A stretch of DNA of 64,000 nt from Candidatus Bathyarchaeota archaeon. Lineage in GTDB: Archaea > Thermoproteota > Bathyarchaeia > 40CM-2-53-6. Shown piece after piece: positions 9,536-19,003 of this stretch. A program made the translations under genes and the position numbers. Position 1 is the stretch's first letter. Each line of letters starts with the position of its first letter. Where the stretch lies: contig CAVTBR010000001.1 in NCBI GenBank assembly GCA_963733055.1, positions 736,001 to 800,000 on the forward strand, written 5' to 3'. The notes under the pieces were generated by a model, which worked only from the letters and a program-made list of their open reading frames with translations, was not told the origin of the DNA and did not search any database.

Positions 9536-10992
9536 GTTTGTGGTTAACCGACATCATGGAGATCCTCTTCGCCGGCGCCATGACCTGCCTCCTAATCGAC
9601 TTGGCCAAACAATACACCGACAAGTGGAGAGTGTACGCGGGAGGAATCATTTGCACCACAGCCTTAGCCGTTTCTCTCATTGATGTACTTGTCAACTGGT
9701 CCGCGAGCATTGCGGGCGAGATATCCCTGCGCCCAATCGAATCGAACCTAGCAAGCTTGTACATCGTGGATAAGTTTGGAGTCTTCGTAATTTTCACGGT
9801 TCTTGCCATTGGGACAATCGTCTCCTTTTTCTCATGGCGAACTCTGGGCCTCAACGAGAATGTTGGGCCTTTCTTCTCACTGCTCCTGATTCTGTTGCTG
9901 TCGCTCGTTGGAATAATCGCGGCCGGCGATCTTCTGACCCTGTTCCTCTTCTGGGAGGGGATGAGCGTCGCCGCGTATGGCCTAGTGGCTTGGAAGAAGA
10001 AAGTCGCCATCTCACTCGAGGCAGCTTTGAAGTACTTATTCCTCGCAGGCGCTGGGAGTTTAATCGCGCTCTTCGGTATTTCGATAATCTACTCCCTCTC
10101 TGGAAGTATTCAACTCAAGGACCTGCCCATGATGTTTCAGAGCGACCCGAGACTGGCCACATTCGGCTTAGCCATGCTCTTTGCCGGGTTGGGTGTTGAA
10201 GCTGCCATATTTCCGCTACACACGTGGCTGCCTGACGCATATTCTGCGGCTCCAACGGCGGTAAGCGCTACGTTGGCAGGAGTCGTTACGGAGACAGCGG
10301 TCTTCGCACTCATCAAAATCATTAACCCAACATTCATCATACCCCAAGTTCAAATTTCGCCCAACCTGACCGCCGCGTTTCAGCTTGCGCTTGTTCTCAT
10401 CGCGATACTTACGATGTTAATCGGAAATCTGGGTGCGTTGGGACAGAGTAACATTAGGCGCCTATTGTCATACAGCTCCATAGCCCATGTCGGTTACATG
10501 CTAGCTGCACTCGCAACTTTCTCAACTCTCGGAATCGTAGCGATTCTGTTTCACCTCTGGAACCAAGGCCTGGTGAAGTCATCTTTCTTCATGCTGACTG
10601 GTGAGAAGGGTGAGGAGTACGAACAGTCTGAGTTGAGCGGGATAAAGGGGCTCTTCGGCCAAAACAGGCTTCTAGGAAGTATGTTCGCGTTATCCTCACT
10701 CGGTATGATAGGCGTCCCTCCTTTCGGAACTTTCTGGAGCGAACTCCTCATAGTTCAAGCGCTCTTTGCAACCAATCAGCTCACATTCTACGCCCTCGCA
10801 GCAATCGTCGTCCTAAACATCGCACTCTCCGTAGGATACTTCTCCAAGATCATAACCGCAGTCTCCCAACACTCAGAGAATGGCGAGAGGATGAAAACCT
10901 CGTGGCGGCTAACAATCTCACCGTTGCTACTGCTGCTTCTGAGTCTGTTGACGGGGTTTGTTCCATGGTTGTTGTTGGGAAGGATCTCTTGA
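9532..10992 (+). CDS. NuoN/MrpD-type antiporter subunit
   Basis: FWEGMS, EAALKY, HTWLPDAY and LSYSSIAHVGY motifs. Confidence 0.92.
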   Translation: MSLWLTDIMEILFAGAMTCLLIDLAKQYTDKWRVYAGGIICTTALAVSLIDVLVNWSASIAGEISLRPIESNLASLYIVDKFGVFVIFTVLAIGTIVSFFSWRTLGLNENVGPFFSLLLILLLSLVGIIAAGDLLTLFLFWEGMSVAAYGLVAWKKKVAISLEAALKYLFLAGAGSLIALFGISIIYSLSGSIQLKDLPMMFQSDPRLATFGLAMLFAGLGVEAAIFPLHTWLPDAYSAAPTAVSATLAGVVTETAVFALIKIINPTFIIPQVQISPNLTAAFQLALVLIAILTMLIGNLGALGQSNIRRLLSYSSIAHVGYMLAALATFSTLGIVAILFHLWNQGLVKSSFFMLTGEKGEEYEQSELSGIKGLFGQNRLLGSMFALSSLGMIGVPPFGTFWSELLIVQALFATNQLTFYALAAIVVLNIALSVGYFSKIITAVSQHSENGERMKTSWRLTISPLLLLLLSLLTGFVPWLLLGRIS

Positions 10993-11083
10993 GGGAAGGC
11001 ACCATGCCTACGCTGGAATTTGTTCAACACCCTAATCTGAATGTTCGGACGATTTACCGTGACCATGCTATGAGGGATTCCCC

Positions 11084-11422
11084 GTGAGTGAGAAAGGTAG
11101 AGAACGAATAATCAAAGACATAGAAACTTTAGACCAAGCCGTCAAAGCTGAGAAAGACGTTGAGTCAGGCTATCATGGAGTGATCGACGAGAACATCAGT
11201 TACTGGCTTGCGGTGGAGCAAGACATCATAGACAGCTACACAAAACTCGCAAACGAAAGCGAGAACAAGAAGGTTAAGTCAACTCTCACGGGGATTGTTG
11301 AAGATTCAAAGAACCACATACGAATGCTAACATCAATTCGGAAGACCTTCGATAAGATCATGACCGACGAGGAGCGACACGCCAAACTTCTTCAAGAACT
11401 AGCGGACAAGCAAAACAAGTAA
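11084..11422 (+). CDS. Small ferritin/rubrerythrin-like helical protein
   Basis: All-helical, with DSKNH and DEERH metal-type motifs. Confidence 0.6.
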   Translation: MSEKGRERIIKDIETLDQAVKAEKDVESGYHGVIDENISYWLAVEQDIIDSYTKLANESENKKVKSTLTGIVEDSKNHIRMLTSIRKTFDKIMTDEERHAKLLQELADKQNK

Positions 11423-11490
11423 TGGAGAAATTGAACTCGGATTACGTACACATTATTAGCGTCCTCGACCAAGTACGTTGGTGATTCTGC

Positions 11491-11967
11491 TTGGCAGTAG
11501 ATATTCGGATTAAACGTGCTCCTGCGTACAAAGTAGCATCTATGCTCCGAGTCGGATCATATGAGAGCAATATGCTCCGGTCTGAATTCAGCCAACTTGT
11601 AAAGTGGGCGGAGAAGAGAAAGCTCCGAACCGGGAAATGGATGTTGTTTTTCATAGATGAGCCAGGTGGACGTAGGCCGATGAACAAGCTCCGATCCGAA
11701 GCCTGCCTCCAAATCAAGGGAACTGCACAGAGTGAAGGAAAAATTAAAGTCAAGACACTTTCCGCACAAAAGGTTGCTAGTGTCACATTCAACCCTGACA
11801 AGGTCTCACCCCGCCTGGTCTACTCGGGAATCTACGGATGGTTGAGGTATGCAGGGTTCAAAGACTCTGTCCAAGGCCGAGAAATATACAATGGAAACCC
11901 ATGGCGCAACCCTCGCGCTTGGGCCAACGCGGAAGTTCAAGTTCCCGTGAAAAAGAAGAAGACGTAG
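11491..11967 (+). CDS. GyrI-like small-molecule-binding domain protein
   Basis: Pattern VAS..YSGIYGWL..G...REIY...P...AEVQVPV. Confidence 0.75.
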   Translation: MAVDIRIKRAPAYKVASMLRVGSYESNMLRSEFSQLVKWAEKRKLRTGKWMLFFIDEPGGRRPMNKLRSEACLQIKGTAQSEGKIKVKTLSAQKVASVTFNPDKVSPRLVYSGIYGWLRYAGFKDSVQGREIYNGNPWRNPRAWANAEVQVPVKKKKT

Positions 11968-12028
11968 TTAGTCACAAAAGAAGATGCCGTAACAGGCGGC
12001 AGAATTAATGAACTGCGGTGCCGTCGCG

Positions 12029-12196
12029 CTAGTTGCTAGCTATCTGCAATCGGCGTTCTTTCATCTCTACTGATGCAAGTGCATGAGTAACACAATTTAA
12101 TTCGCATGCTTCTGCTTCCTCGAATTCCTTGTAAACAAACCCGCAAAAACCACACTTGAACTGCATGTCCCATGCCCTATGCTGGTCGCCTAACAT
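12029..12196 (-). CDS. 55-aa zinc-finger-like protein, below the ORF-track cutoff
   Basis: MLGDQHRAWDMQFKCGFCGFVYKEFEEAEACELNCVTHALASVEMKERRLQIASN; CxxC...CxxxCxxH. Confidence 0.65.
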   Translation of the reverse strand: MLGDQHRAWDMQFKCGFCGFVYKEFEEAEACELNCVTHALASVEMKERRLQIASN

Positions 12197-12274
12197 TCAC
12201 ACTCGACTCGAAAACGACTTCCGCGCTGAAACGTGTTAAATTTAGGTGGAACTTGTGGAAGGATCCCCAACTAG

Positions 12275-12460
12275 TTCTACTCAGTAGAAAAAGTATAACG
12301 CCCCAGCACCTCGTGTCCGGCTGGCATACTTGACGGTTAGTAGGACCTCACTGGAAGTTCATTACGCTAATACCGGCGGTTTGAATCAAACCTCACTCTA
12401 CCAGGTAGAAATTAGGAACATTATACATTTCTTACTTTTTCTCCAGCCGCTGTTAAATAT
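12275..12460 (+). promoter_or_regulatory. Promoter/operator region of peptide gene copy 1
   Basis: TTCTAC-N3-GTAGAA at 12275, CTCTAC-N3-GTAGAA at 12396, GGTTTGA-A-TCAAACC at 12378 and TATA-like TTAAATA at 12453; 12404-12460 is homologous to 25724-25780. Confidence 0.55.
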
Positions 12461-12508
12461 TGTGACCCAACATAGACGCTTCCAGAAGATTTGTGGAGGT
12501 GTTTGAGG

Positions 12509-12589
12509 TTGGCTAAGAAACGCAAGGTTAAGATGAGTTTAGGTAAGGAGCACGACAAGAACGTTAGACAAGAGGAAATGGTAGCATAA
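12509..12589 (+). CDS. 26-aa peptide MAKKRKVKMSLGKEHDKNVRQEEMVA, copy 1
   Basis: GGAGGTG SD 7 nt before TTG; identical peptide at 25845-25925 with only start-codon and synonymous changes; hairpin and T-rich tract downstream. Confidence 0.75.
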   Translation: MAKKRKVKMSLGKEHDKNVRQEEMVA

Positions 12590-12591
12590 GC
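12524..12591 (+). repeat. 68-nt exact repeat, also at 25860-25927
   Basis: Direct comparison of the two segments. Confidence 0.95.
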
Positions 12592-12691
12592 TGCCACGGG
12601 AGGCGGTTGATTCCGCCCCTGCTCTCGTTTCACTCATTAATTCTTATTTTGTTAGAATCTTTTCGGAGTTTCCAGCGGCGCTAGAGTGGGT

Positions 12692-13585
12692 TTATGGTTT
12701 GTAGTTCTCCAGCCACCACTTAGCGATGTCGATTCTGCGGGCGATCCAAACCTTCGGTTTCGCTTTCACGTATCTGAGGAACCTGTCTACCGCAACGGTC
12801 CTGCCTGGTCTGCCGGAAATTCTAACGTGCAAACCAACGTTCATCATCGTAGGGTTTTCTCTACCCTCATCGTACGTCTGGTCGAAGGAGTCCTTCAGAT
12901 ACTGATAGAACTCCTCGGCGTTGCTGAACCGGTTCGAAAAGTAGTGAAAATCATTCACGTCAGGTGTGTAGGGAATGAGGAGAAAATTCTTGCCGCTGAC
13001 GTTCACATAGTATGGGATGTCGTCGTTGTAGACATCGGAATCGTATAGGAACCCTCCCTCTTCGGCGAGAAGCTCAATGGTGTTTTCGCTGGGCTCTCTG
13101 CAATACCAGCCTACAGGTCTCTGGCCCGTTATCTTCTGAATCGACGCTACAGCATTCCGGATAGCCTCGCGCTCTTCTTCCCTGGACAGGGTGAAGTGTT
13201 CTACCCACCTGTAACCGTGGCTGCAGATCTCATGCCCTTCGCCGACTATCTCTTTCGCCGCCTCCCGGTTCGTTTCCAATGTCTTTGCGGTTGCGAAGAA
13301 CGTAGTCTTTGCATTGTGCTTGGCAAAGGTTCTGAGGATTCGCCATATCGCGACGCGTGTTTCATATTCGAAGATAGATTCAATTGTTAAGTCGCGCTTT
13401 GGCGGCGTCCCATACGACGGAAATTCACCGAAAGTTTCAGGGCCTTGATCTCCAAAACCCAAGGCGCGTTCGCCGCCGGCCTCGTAGTTGATAGCGAACG
13501 TTAGTGCAAGTTTGGCGCCCTTGGGCCAACGCACCTTAGGACGAGATTTCCCATATCCGACGAAGTCACGTGGTATTGGGCTCAT
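12692..13585 (-). CDS. puuE: Polysaccharide deacetylase family, allantoinase PuuE-like
   Basis: PRDFVGYG, INYEAGGE, ESIFEY, HEICSHGYRW and GLHVRISGRPGR motifs. Confidence 0.85.
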   Translation of the reverse strand: MSPIPRDFVGYGKSRPKVRWPKGAKLALTFAINYEAGGERALGFGDQGPETFGEFPSYGTPPKRDLTIESIFEYETRVAIWRILRTFAKHNAKTTFFATAKTLETNREAAKEIVGEGHEICSHGYRWVEHFTLSREEEREAIRNAVASIQKITGQRPVGWYCREPSENTIELLAEEGGFLYDSDVYNDDIPYYVNVSGKNFLLIPYTPDVNDFHYFSNRFSNAEEFYQYLKDSFDQTYDEGRENPTMMNVGLHVRISGRPGRTVAVDRFLRYVKAKPKVWIARRIDIAKWWLENYKP

Positions 13586-13647
13586 AAGTTAGCTCCTAGT
13601 CTGAGTGAGCAGGAAGTTCTTATCAGGCTTTTCAGTTCCGCTTGCTT

Positions 13648-14226
13648 TCACGATTTGCTCTGGGTTTCTCTATGCAGAAGCAGGTTGATTATTCTGAAGG
13701 TTAATCCCCATATCACGTGACCCTGATAGACATACGAGTCAGCTGAAAGAGTACCTTCGTCTGCCTTAACCTCTCGACTCTCCACCTCAAGTCTGCCAAG
13801 ATCACTCAACGGTACCCAGAAGGTTTCAGCGACTTCCTCGCTTACACGAATACTTACGGTTGACTTGAGTTGAAAGACGAAAGGCAACACCCGCATCCGC
13901 CTTGATCTCGTAGTGACGATTGAAAGACTACCAAGTAATTCGTGGCCGCTGAGTTGTAATCCAATCTCCTCCCGTGTCTCTCGGACCGCTGTTTCAACCA
14001 AGCCCTTGTCCGCAGACGATTTGCGTCCACCAGGGAACGCGATCTGCCCCGACCAAGGATCTCCTCTTCGCTCGGTCCTCTTGATGAAAAGTACTGAGCC
14101 GCCACGATCATTTGGATTGATGATTATCGCAACGGCGGCTACAGGAGGCCCTTCCCCTGCCTCAGGAACAGAATTCTGAGGCAATAGCCTGTTCTTGAGA
14201 GATTCTAGGTTGAATTGGCCAGTCAC
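13648..14226 (-). CDS. Nudix hydrolase, CoA pyrophosphatase (NudL/PCD1-like)
   Basis: WSGQIAFPGG, Nudix box AVRETREEIG and IWGLT. Confidence 0.9.
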   Translation of the reverse strand: MTGQFNLESLKNRLLPQNSVPEAGEGPPVAAVAIIINPNDRGGSVLFIKRTERRGDPWSGQIAFPGGRKSSADKGLVETAVRETREEIGLQLSGHELLGSLSIVTTRSRRMRVLPFVFQLKSTVSIRVSEEVAETFWVPLSDLGRLEVESREVKADEGTLSADSYVYQGHVIWGLTFRIINLLLHRETQSKS

Positions 14227-14320
14227 AGTGAAGCACTAGCCTAGTGGCAATGAGAATAATCCTGATGATATTTGAACGATCTTGCTTTCAGTGCCTGGTT
14301 TTCGGGTTTTAAGCTGTACG

Positions 14321-15037
14321 TCACCCGATTTTGATTCCAACGTAGAGTCCTCTTCCGATGAGACCCTTGTCATAGTGGGTTACCTTCAAACCGGCTAGTC
14401 GAAACGCGTTCATGTACTCGGAATGCGTGAAGAGTCCAAACTCCTCACGTTCCCTGAGATATTGCGTGTCCTGTTGCGTCGCTATCAAGTACTGAAAGTC
14501 CAATGTCGAGATGCGGCCTCGAACCATTGATTTGTCAATCCGTGCAATCTTTAGTTTGGGTTCATTCACGAATACAGCGTGTATTTTTCCTCTAATGACA
14601 TTGCGTGGGGTTATCCAGGGCTCAACTATCAAGACACCTCCCGGCTTAAGGTGAAGGCTCATGTTTCTCACCGCTCGCCGGAGTTTCCGAAGCGTCGTCA
14701 TGTAGCCGACCGCACTGAATAGGCAGGTAACAATATCGAACTCTTTACGGAGGGCGAATGTGAGCATGTTGCCTCTATGGAAATGAATTTCCGGATTCCT
14801 TTTCTTGGCTATCGCAAGTAGCCCAGGATCAAGATCTAGGCCCTCGACGGAATAAGATGACTTTAGATATGAAATGTGTCGGCCCGTCCCGCATGCGACA
14901 TCGAGTAGTGCGTTGCCTTGTGATTTTTTGTGTCGTCGAATTAATTTGTTCAGCCGCTTGGATTCTTCTTTGTAATTCTTCCCTGCGGCATCGTAGATGA
15001 TGTCATAGTAGGGTGCTGACCGGTCAAACAAAGTCAA
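14321..15037 (-). CDS. Class I SAM-dependent methyltransferase (TylM1/DesVI-like)
   Basis: LLDVACGTG, VTCLFSAVGY and LKPGGVLIVEPW. Confidence 0.88.
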   Translation of the reverse strand: MTLFDRSAPYYDIIYDAAGKNYKEESKRLNKLIRRHKKSQGNALLDVACGTGRHISYLKSSYSVEGLDLDPGLLAIAKKRNPEIHFHRGNMLTFALRKEFDIVTCLFSAVGYMTTLRKLRRAVRNMSLHLKPGGVLIVEPWITPRNVIRGKIHAVFVNEPKLKIARIDKSMVRGRISTLDFQYLIATQQDTQYLREREEFGLFTHSEYMNAFRLAGLKVTHYDKGLIGRGLYVGIKIG

Positions 15038-15144
15038 ACCTAACCACTCGTGCAGAAGGCTTTGCTAATTGGCAATTGGGTTGCGGTAGTCAAGCTTTAT
15101 CTTTTGGTCGAAGGCCAACCTCAATTCAACTAAGCTGATATCCG

Positions 15145-16365
15145 ATGGCGAACACAGCTGATGCGATGCGTTGGATCGACCAGTCTCATGATGAGCTTAC
15201 GAGATTCATGGTGGACATGCTACAGATCAAGGCCGTAAACCCGGATGGAGGAGGTAAGGGCGAATACGCTCGTGCCCTCTTCGTGAAGAAATGGCTTGAA
15301 GACCTTGGGTTGAAGGTAACAAGGTACGATATTCCCGACAGTCGAGTGCCCGAAGGAGTTCGGGTAAACCTGACGACGACCATCGAAGGTGAAGATAAAG
15401 GGCGGACTCTCTGGTTGGCCGCGCACTTGGACACAGTCCCTGAGGGCTCACGTGAACTCTGGACAACAGACCCCTATGTCCCGGTCGTGAAAGACGGAAA
15501 GATTTTCGGAAGGGGCTCAGAAGACAATGGGCAAGCGGTTGGTTCAACCCTATTCACGTTGAAAGCAATCAAGACGTTAGGGATTAAACCCAAAATGACC
15601 CTCGGCCTTGCTCTTGTATCTGACGAAGAGTCGGGGAGCAAGTACGGGGTGATTCCGCTTCTTGAAAGGGGCGTATTCAAGCCAACCGACATAGCGCTGG
15701 TACCCGACACTGGAAAGCCGGACGGATCAGAGATTGAAATTGCGGAAAAGAGCATTCTATGGCTGAAGATAACGACGACAGGCAAGCAAGTTCATGGGAG
15801 TACGCCTGAAAAAGGATTGAACGCCCGCCGCGTAGCTATGAAGTTCGCCATTCAACTCGACGAGATGCTACATTCTAAGTACTCCGCCAAAGATTCCTTA
15901 TTTGAACCAGAATCATCAACCTTCGAACCCACGAAATGCGATGCGAACGTTGACAACGTAAATACCGTTCCTGGCGTTGACGTTCAATATTTTGACTGTC
16001 GAGTTCTCCCGCTATCCGTTAGTTGACGTTCTCAAAGAGGTTGAATCTGTTCGGATGAAGCTCGAAAAGGAAACCGGAGCTACTATCGAGGTTAACCCCA
16101 TCCAACATGAGCAGAACACGAACCCCACCCCTATGGACAGCCCGATCGTAGTAAGATTGAAGGCTGCGTTGAAACAGCTGCGTGGGCTGGACGCGAAGGC
16201 CATCGGAATCGGTGGTGGGACTGTTGGCTTATACTTTAGACGCAAGGGAATCCAAACTGCTGTCTGGTCGACCCTGGACGATAAGGCCCATCAACCCAAT
16301 GAATACTGCAAAATCGAAAACATGGTCAACGACGGAAAGTGTTCCTTCACGTCGCCACAGCGTAA
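15145..16365 (+). CDS. M20 metallohydrolase (DapE/ArgE family) with two apparent 1-nt frameshifts
   Basis: HLDTVP, GRGSEDNG, SDEE and AHQPNEY motifs; adding one C at ~16008 and one A at ~16336 gives ...CRVLPRYPL... and ...DGKVFLHVATA*. Confidence 0.85.
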
Positions 16366-17228
16366 TACAATACGGTGCGTTTCAGACGAGGCCAGCTCTG
16401 TTCAACTCCACAATTGCGACACCATCCGACCTGCACTCGGTAGCTAGGCTCTGCCGCCGAGCCGTTGGCCCATCAGACTATGTGCTCAGAATACTTCCCA
16501 GAGCTGCTGCGCGTGGCCGACTCTTCTTGGCTTGGTATGGAAACGAACTTGTGGGCATGACGCTCCTCGATAAGTGCCTCGACGGCAGCGGATGGCTAAG
16601 CATGGCACGCACCGACCCGGGTTGGCGCCGGCAAGGAGTAGCCATCTTCCTTCAACGTCGAATTCTCGAGTACGCGAGGGGCGAAGGAATCAACTCATTG
16701 AGACTATGGACGTTGTCTACGAACCAGGCGTCGATAAGGGCTTGCGAAAAAGGGGGTTTCAAGCAGGTCTCCGAAGCTGCTCACATCTCCCGCCGTCTCA
16801 AAATCTCGAAGAATAGGAAAACCAAACCGAATTCCGTGTCTACCGCCCGCTTACGCTCGTTACTGAGCTCGAACTACATCGCCAAGACGAACGGTTACAT
16901 TGCACGTGATTGGTATTTCATGAAAAGCTCGGAAAGACTACTTAGACAATTGGAAAGACGAGGTGAACTTTATGATTCTGAAGACTATGCTTTCCTAGTA
17001 ACGAGGCCAGAAATAAGATTCAAAGAACCTCAAAGTAGTCTAACAATTCTCACTGGCCCTGTGTCAAAGTCGATGGAGAGTGCGCAGGAAATAGCGGCGG
17101 CACTTGGAGCGAAGATTCTAAGTTCCTACATACCGTATGAACCCTACCAATTCTCAGTCGCAAAGAAACAGCATTTCAGAAGGAGCCCGTGGGGCAACCA
17201 TTGTTTAGTGTTCGAGAAGAAAGTATGA
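16182..17228 (+). CDS. GNAT family acetyltransferase; true start probably near 16400
   Basis: RTDPGWRRQGVA and NQASIRACEKGGF motifs. Confidence 0.8.
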   Translation: MGWTRRPSESVVGLLAYTLDARESKLLSGRPWTIRPINPMNTAKSKTWSTTESVPSRRHSVIQYGAFQTRPALFNSTIATPSDLHSVARLCRRAVGPSDYVLRILPRAAARGRLFLAWYGNELVGMTLLDKCLDGSGWLSMARTDPGWRRQGVAIFLQRRILEYARGEGINSLRLWTLSTNQASIRACEKGGFKQVSEAAHISRRLKISKNRKTKPNSVSTARLRSLLSSNYIAKTNGYIARDWYFMKSSERLLRQLERRGELYDSEDYAFLVTRPEIRFKEPQSSLTILTGPVSKSMESAQEIAAALGAKILSSYIPYEPYQFSVAKKQHFRRSPWGNHCLVFEKKV

Positions 17229-17294
17229 GCGCTATTCCAGATGAAACAGAATACCTAGAATTTAAGAACATGACGCGACCGACGTAGGAGCAAG

Positions 17295-17585
17295 GTGCCG
17301 CATGTGATTACAGCATTCGTCATGATGAATGCAGAAAGAGACCGCATCGCCGCGATACCCAATGAGTTACTCACAATCACCTCCGTAACCGAGGTTTACT
17401 CAATCGCTGGCGACTTCGACCTCGTCGCGATAGTCCGCGTGAAAGAAGCTGAAGACCTAGCGGGGGTTGTCACAGAAAGGTTTGCCAAGGTAAAGGGCAT
17501 AACGCGAACGATGACGCTGATCGCATTCAAGTCGTACAGTAACTACGATCTCGAGAATATGTTTCAAATAGGGTTCAAAGGTTAG
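17295..17585 (+). CDS. Lrp/AsnC ligand-binding (RAM) domain protein
   Basis: EVYSIAGDFDLVAIVRV...GITRTMTLIAF. Confidence 0.88.
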   Translation: MPHVITAFVMMNAERDRIAAIPNELLTITSVTEVYSIAGDFDLVAIVRVKEAEDLAGVVTERFAKVKGITRTMTLIAFKSYSNYDLENMFQIGFKG

Positions 17586-18550
17586 CCATACTTCGACAGA
17601 ATCTTGGACAGTAGTTTAAGAGAGATATTTCCCCCACTCACAACCACCACGATCTCAGAACCTGGTCTGAAATCGGTTTTCTGCACGAGAGCGGCGACGG
17701 CCGCTGCTGCCGACGGTTCAATGACCAGATGACACTCTCGCATGACAGTGAAAACGGCTTTTTCGATCTCCTCTTCACGCACCAGAAGAATTTCATCCAC
17801 GTAACGCTTTGCGCATTCGAACGTGAGCACCCCTGGTTCGCGCGTTGCTAAACCATCCGCGATGGAGGTTGTGTCTGTTAGCCGAGTAATCTTCCCGTCC
17901 TTGATTGAACGGTACATCGACGAAGCCTTCTCAGGCTCCACCCCGAAGACCTTCGTTTCCGGCGTCAAGCTCTTCAATGCTGTAGCGATTCCGGAAATGA
18001 GTCCGCCCCCACCAATAGGGACAATAACCGCATTTACGGTCGGCAAGTCCTGATGGATTTCCAGTCCAATGGTTCCCTGTCCCGCAATTATCTCCGGATC
18101 GTCGAAGGGCGGAATAAGAACGCCTCCCGTCCTTTTCTGAATCTCAAATGCCTTCTCGTAGCGCTCATCGTGAAACAGTCCATGCTTGATAACTGTCCCC
18201 CCGTACTCTTCAATCGCCTTTACCTTCTCTTCTACCGCAGTAGTTGGCACCACTATCGTTGCCTTGGTTCCCGTCAATTTTGCGAGATATGAAACTGCAA
18301 GCCCATGATTCCCGGATGAGGCCGCGACGAGCCCTCGTTTCCGTTCCTCTTCGGAAAGTTTCAGGATCTTATTTGCCGCGCCTCGGACTTTGAAGACCCG
18401 TGTTGGTTGATACGACTCGAGTTTCAGGTATACCTTTGCGCCGGTGAGATTGCTAAGACCCGGAGAATGGTACAAAGGGGTCTTGTATGCTACGCCCGCG
18501 ATTCTACGGCTGGCGTCTTTAATCGCGTCTAGATTGACTAAGTCCCTCAT
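17582..18550 (-). CDS. ilvA: PLP-dependent threonine/serine dehydratase
   Basis: FKVRGA, ASSGNHG, IGGGGL and SGGN motifs. Confidence 0.85.
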   Translation of the reverse strand: MRDLVNLDAIKDASRRIAGVAYKTPLYHSPGLSNLTGAKVYLKLESYQPTRVFKVRGAANKILKLSEEERKRGLVAASSGNHGLAVSYLAKLTGTKATIVVPTTAVEEKVKAIEEYGGTVIKHGLFHDERYEKAFEIQKRTGGVLIPPFDDPEIIAGQGTIGLEIHQDLPTVNAVIVPIGGGGLISGIATALKSLTPETKVFGVEPEKASSMYRSIKDGKITRLTDTTSIADGLATREPGVLTFECAKRYVDEILLVREEEIEKAVFTVMRECHLVIEPSAAAAVAALVQKTDFRPGSEIVVVVSGGNISLKLLSKILSKYG

Positions 18551-18602
18551 GAACCCACATTCTCAATTAGATAGCTGAGCATCACACTTACCTCGTCTTC
18601 GG

Positions 18603-18992
18603 TCAAGCGGAGACCTGGCGCGGACCCGAGAGTTTGCCGGAATAGCGTTGCACTTCGGGTTGCATAAGTAAGTACAAGATTATCAAGTCCATGACCAATG
18701 AAACGAACTCGCCCGCACGCGGCCTCACAAACAGTATGAATATGAGAACGGCTATGCCGAGAATCGCGAAGACCATGGAAGATACCCAAGCCCACCTTCT
18801 CTGACTCCACAGTCCATACGCCAAAATGAAGCAGATCATCGTGAAGACTAGTGACCCCAGATCGTTGATGATGCCAAATCTTGGAAATGCCCGCGTCTGT
18901 GGAACGAGTAGCGGTAGAAGCGCAAGTGCACCTAGCAACACGTCTAGGGCCACAAGTAGTTTAACTGTAAACGGACGGACAGACGTTGGCAA
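18603..18992 (-). CDS. Small four-TM membrane protein of unknown function
   Basis: Hydrophobic, with a GLW..RRWAW and YL.QPEV pattern. Confidence 0.7.
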   Translation of the reverse strand: MPTSVRPFTVKLLVALDVLLGALALLPLLVPQTRAFPRFGIINDLGSLVFTMICFILAYGLWSQRRWAWVSSMVFAILGIAVLIFILFVRPRAGEFVSLVMDLIILYLLMQPEVQRYSGKLSGPRQVSA

Positions 18993-19003
18993 TCGCTGTA
19001 GTC

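Noticed and set aside
12509-12620. tmRNA-like tag, since the peptide ends in -MVA and is followed by a T-arm-like hairpin
   Set aside because: The ORF has its own SD and start codon, there is no tRNA-like acceptor domain, and tmRNA is not known in archaea
12421-12633. Minus-strand 70-aa ORF over peptide copy 1
   Set aside because: SD, start and synonymous changes support the plus-strand peptide instead
16005-16340. Two frameshifts in the M20 hydrolase as programmed frameshifting or a pseudogene
   Set aside because: Each is fixed by one base in a short homopolymer (CCC, AAA), and the same pattern recurs across the window, so long-read assembly error is more likely
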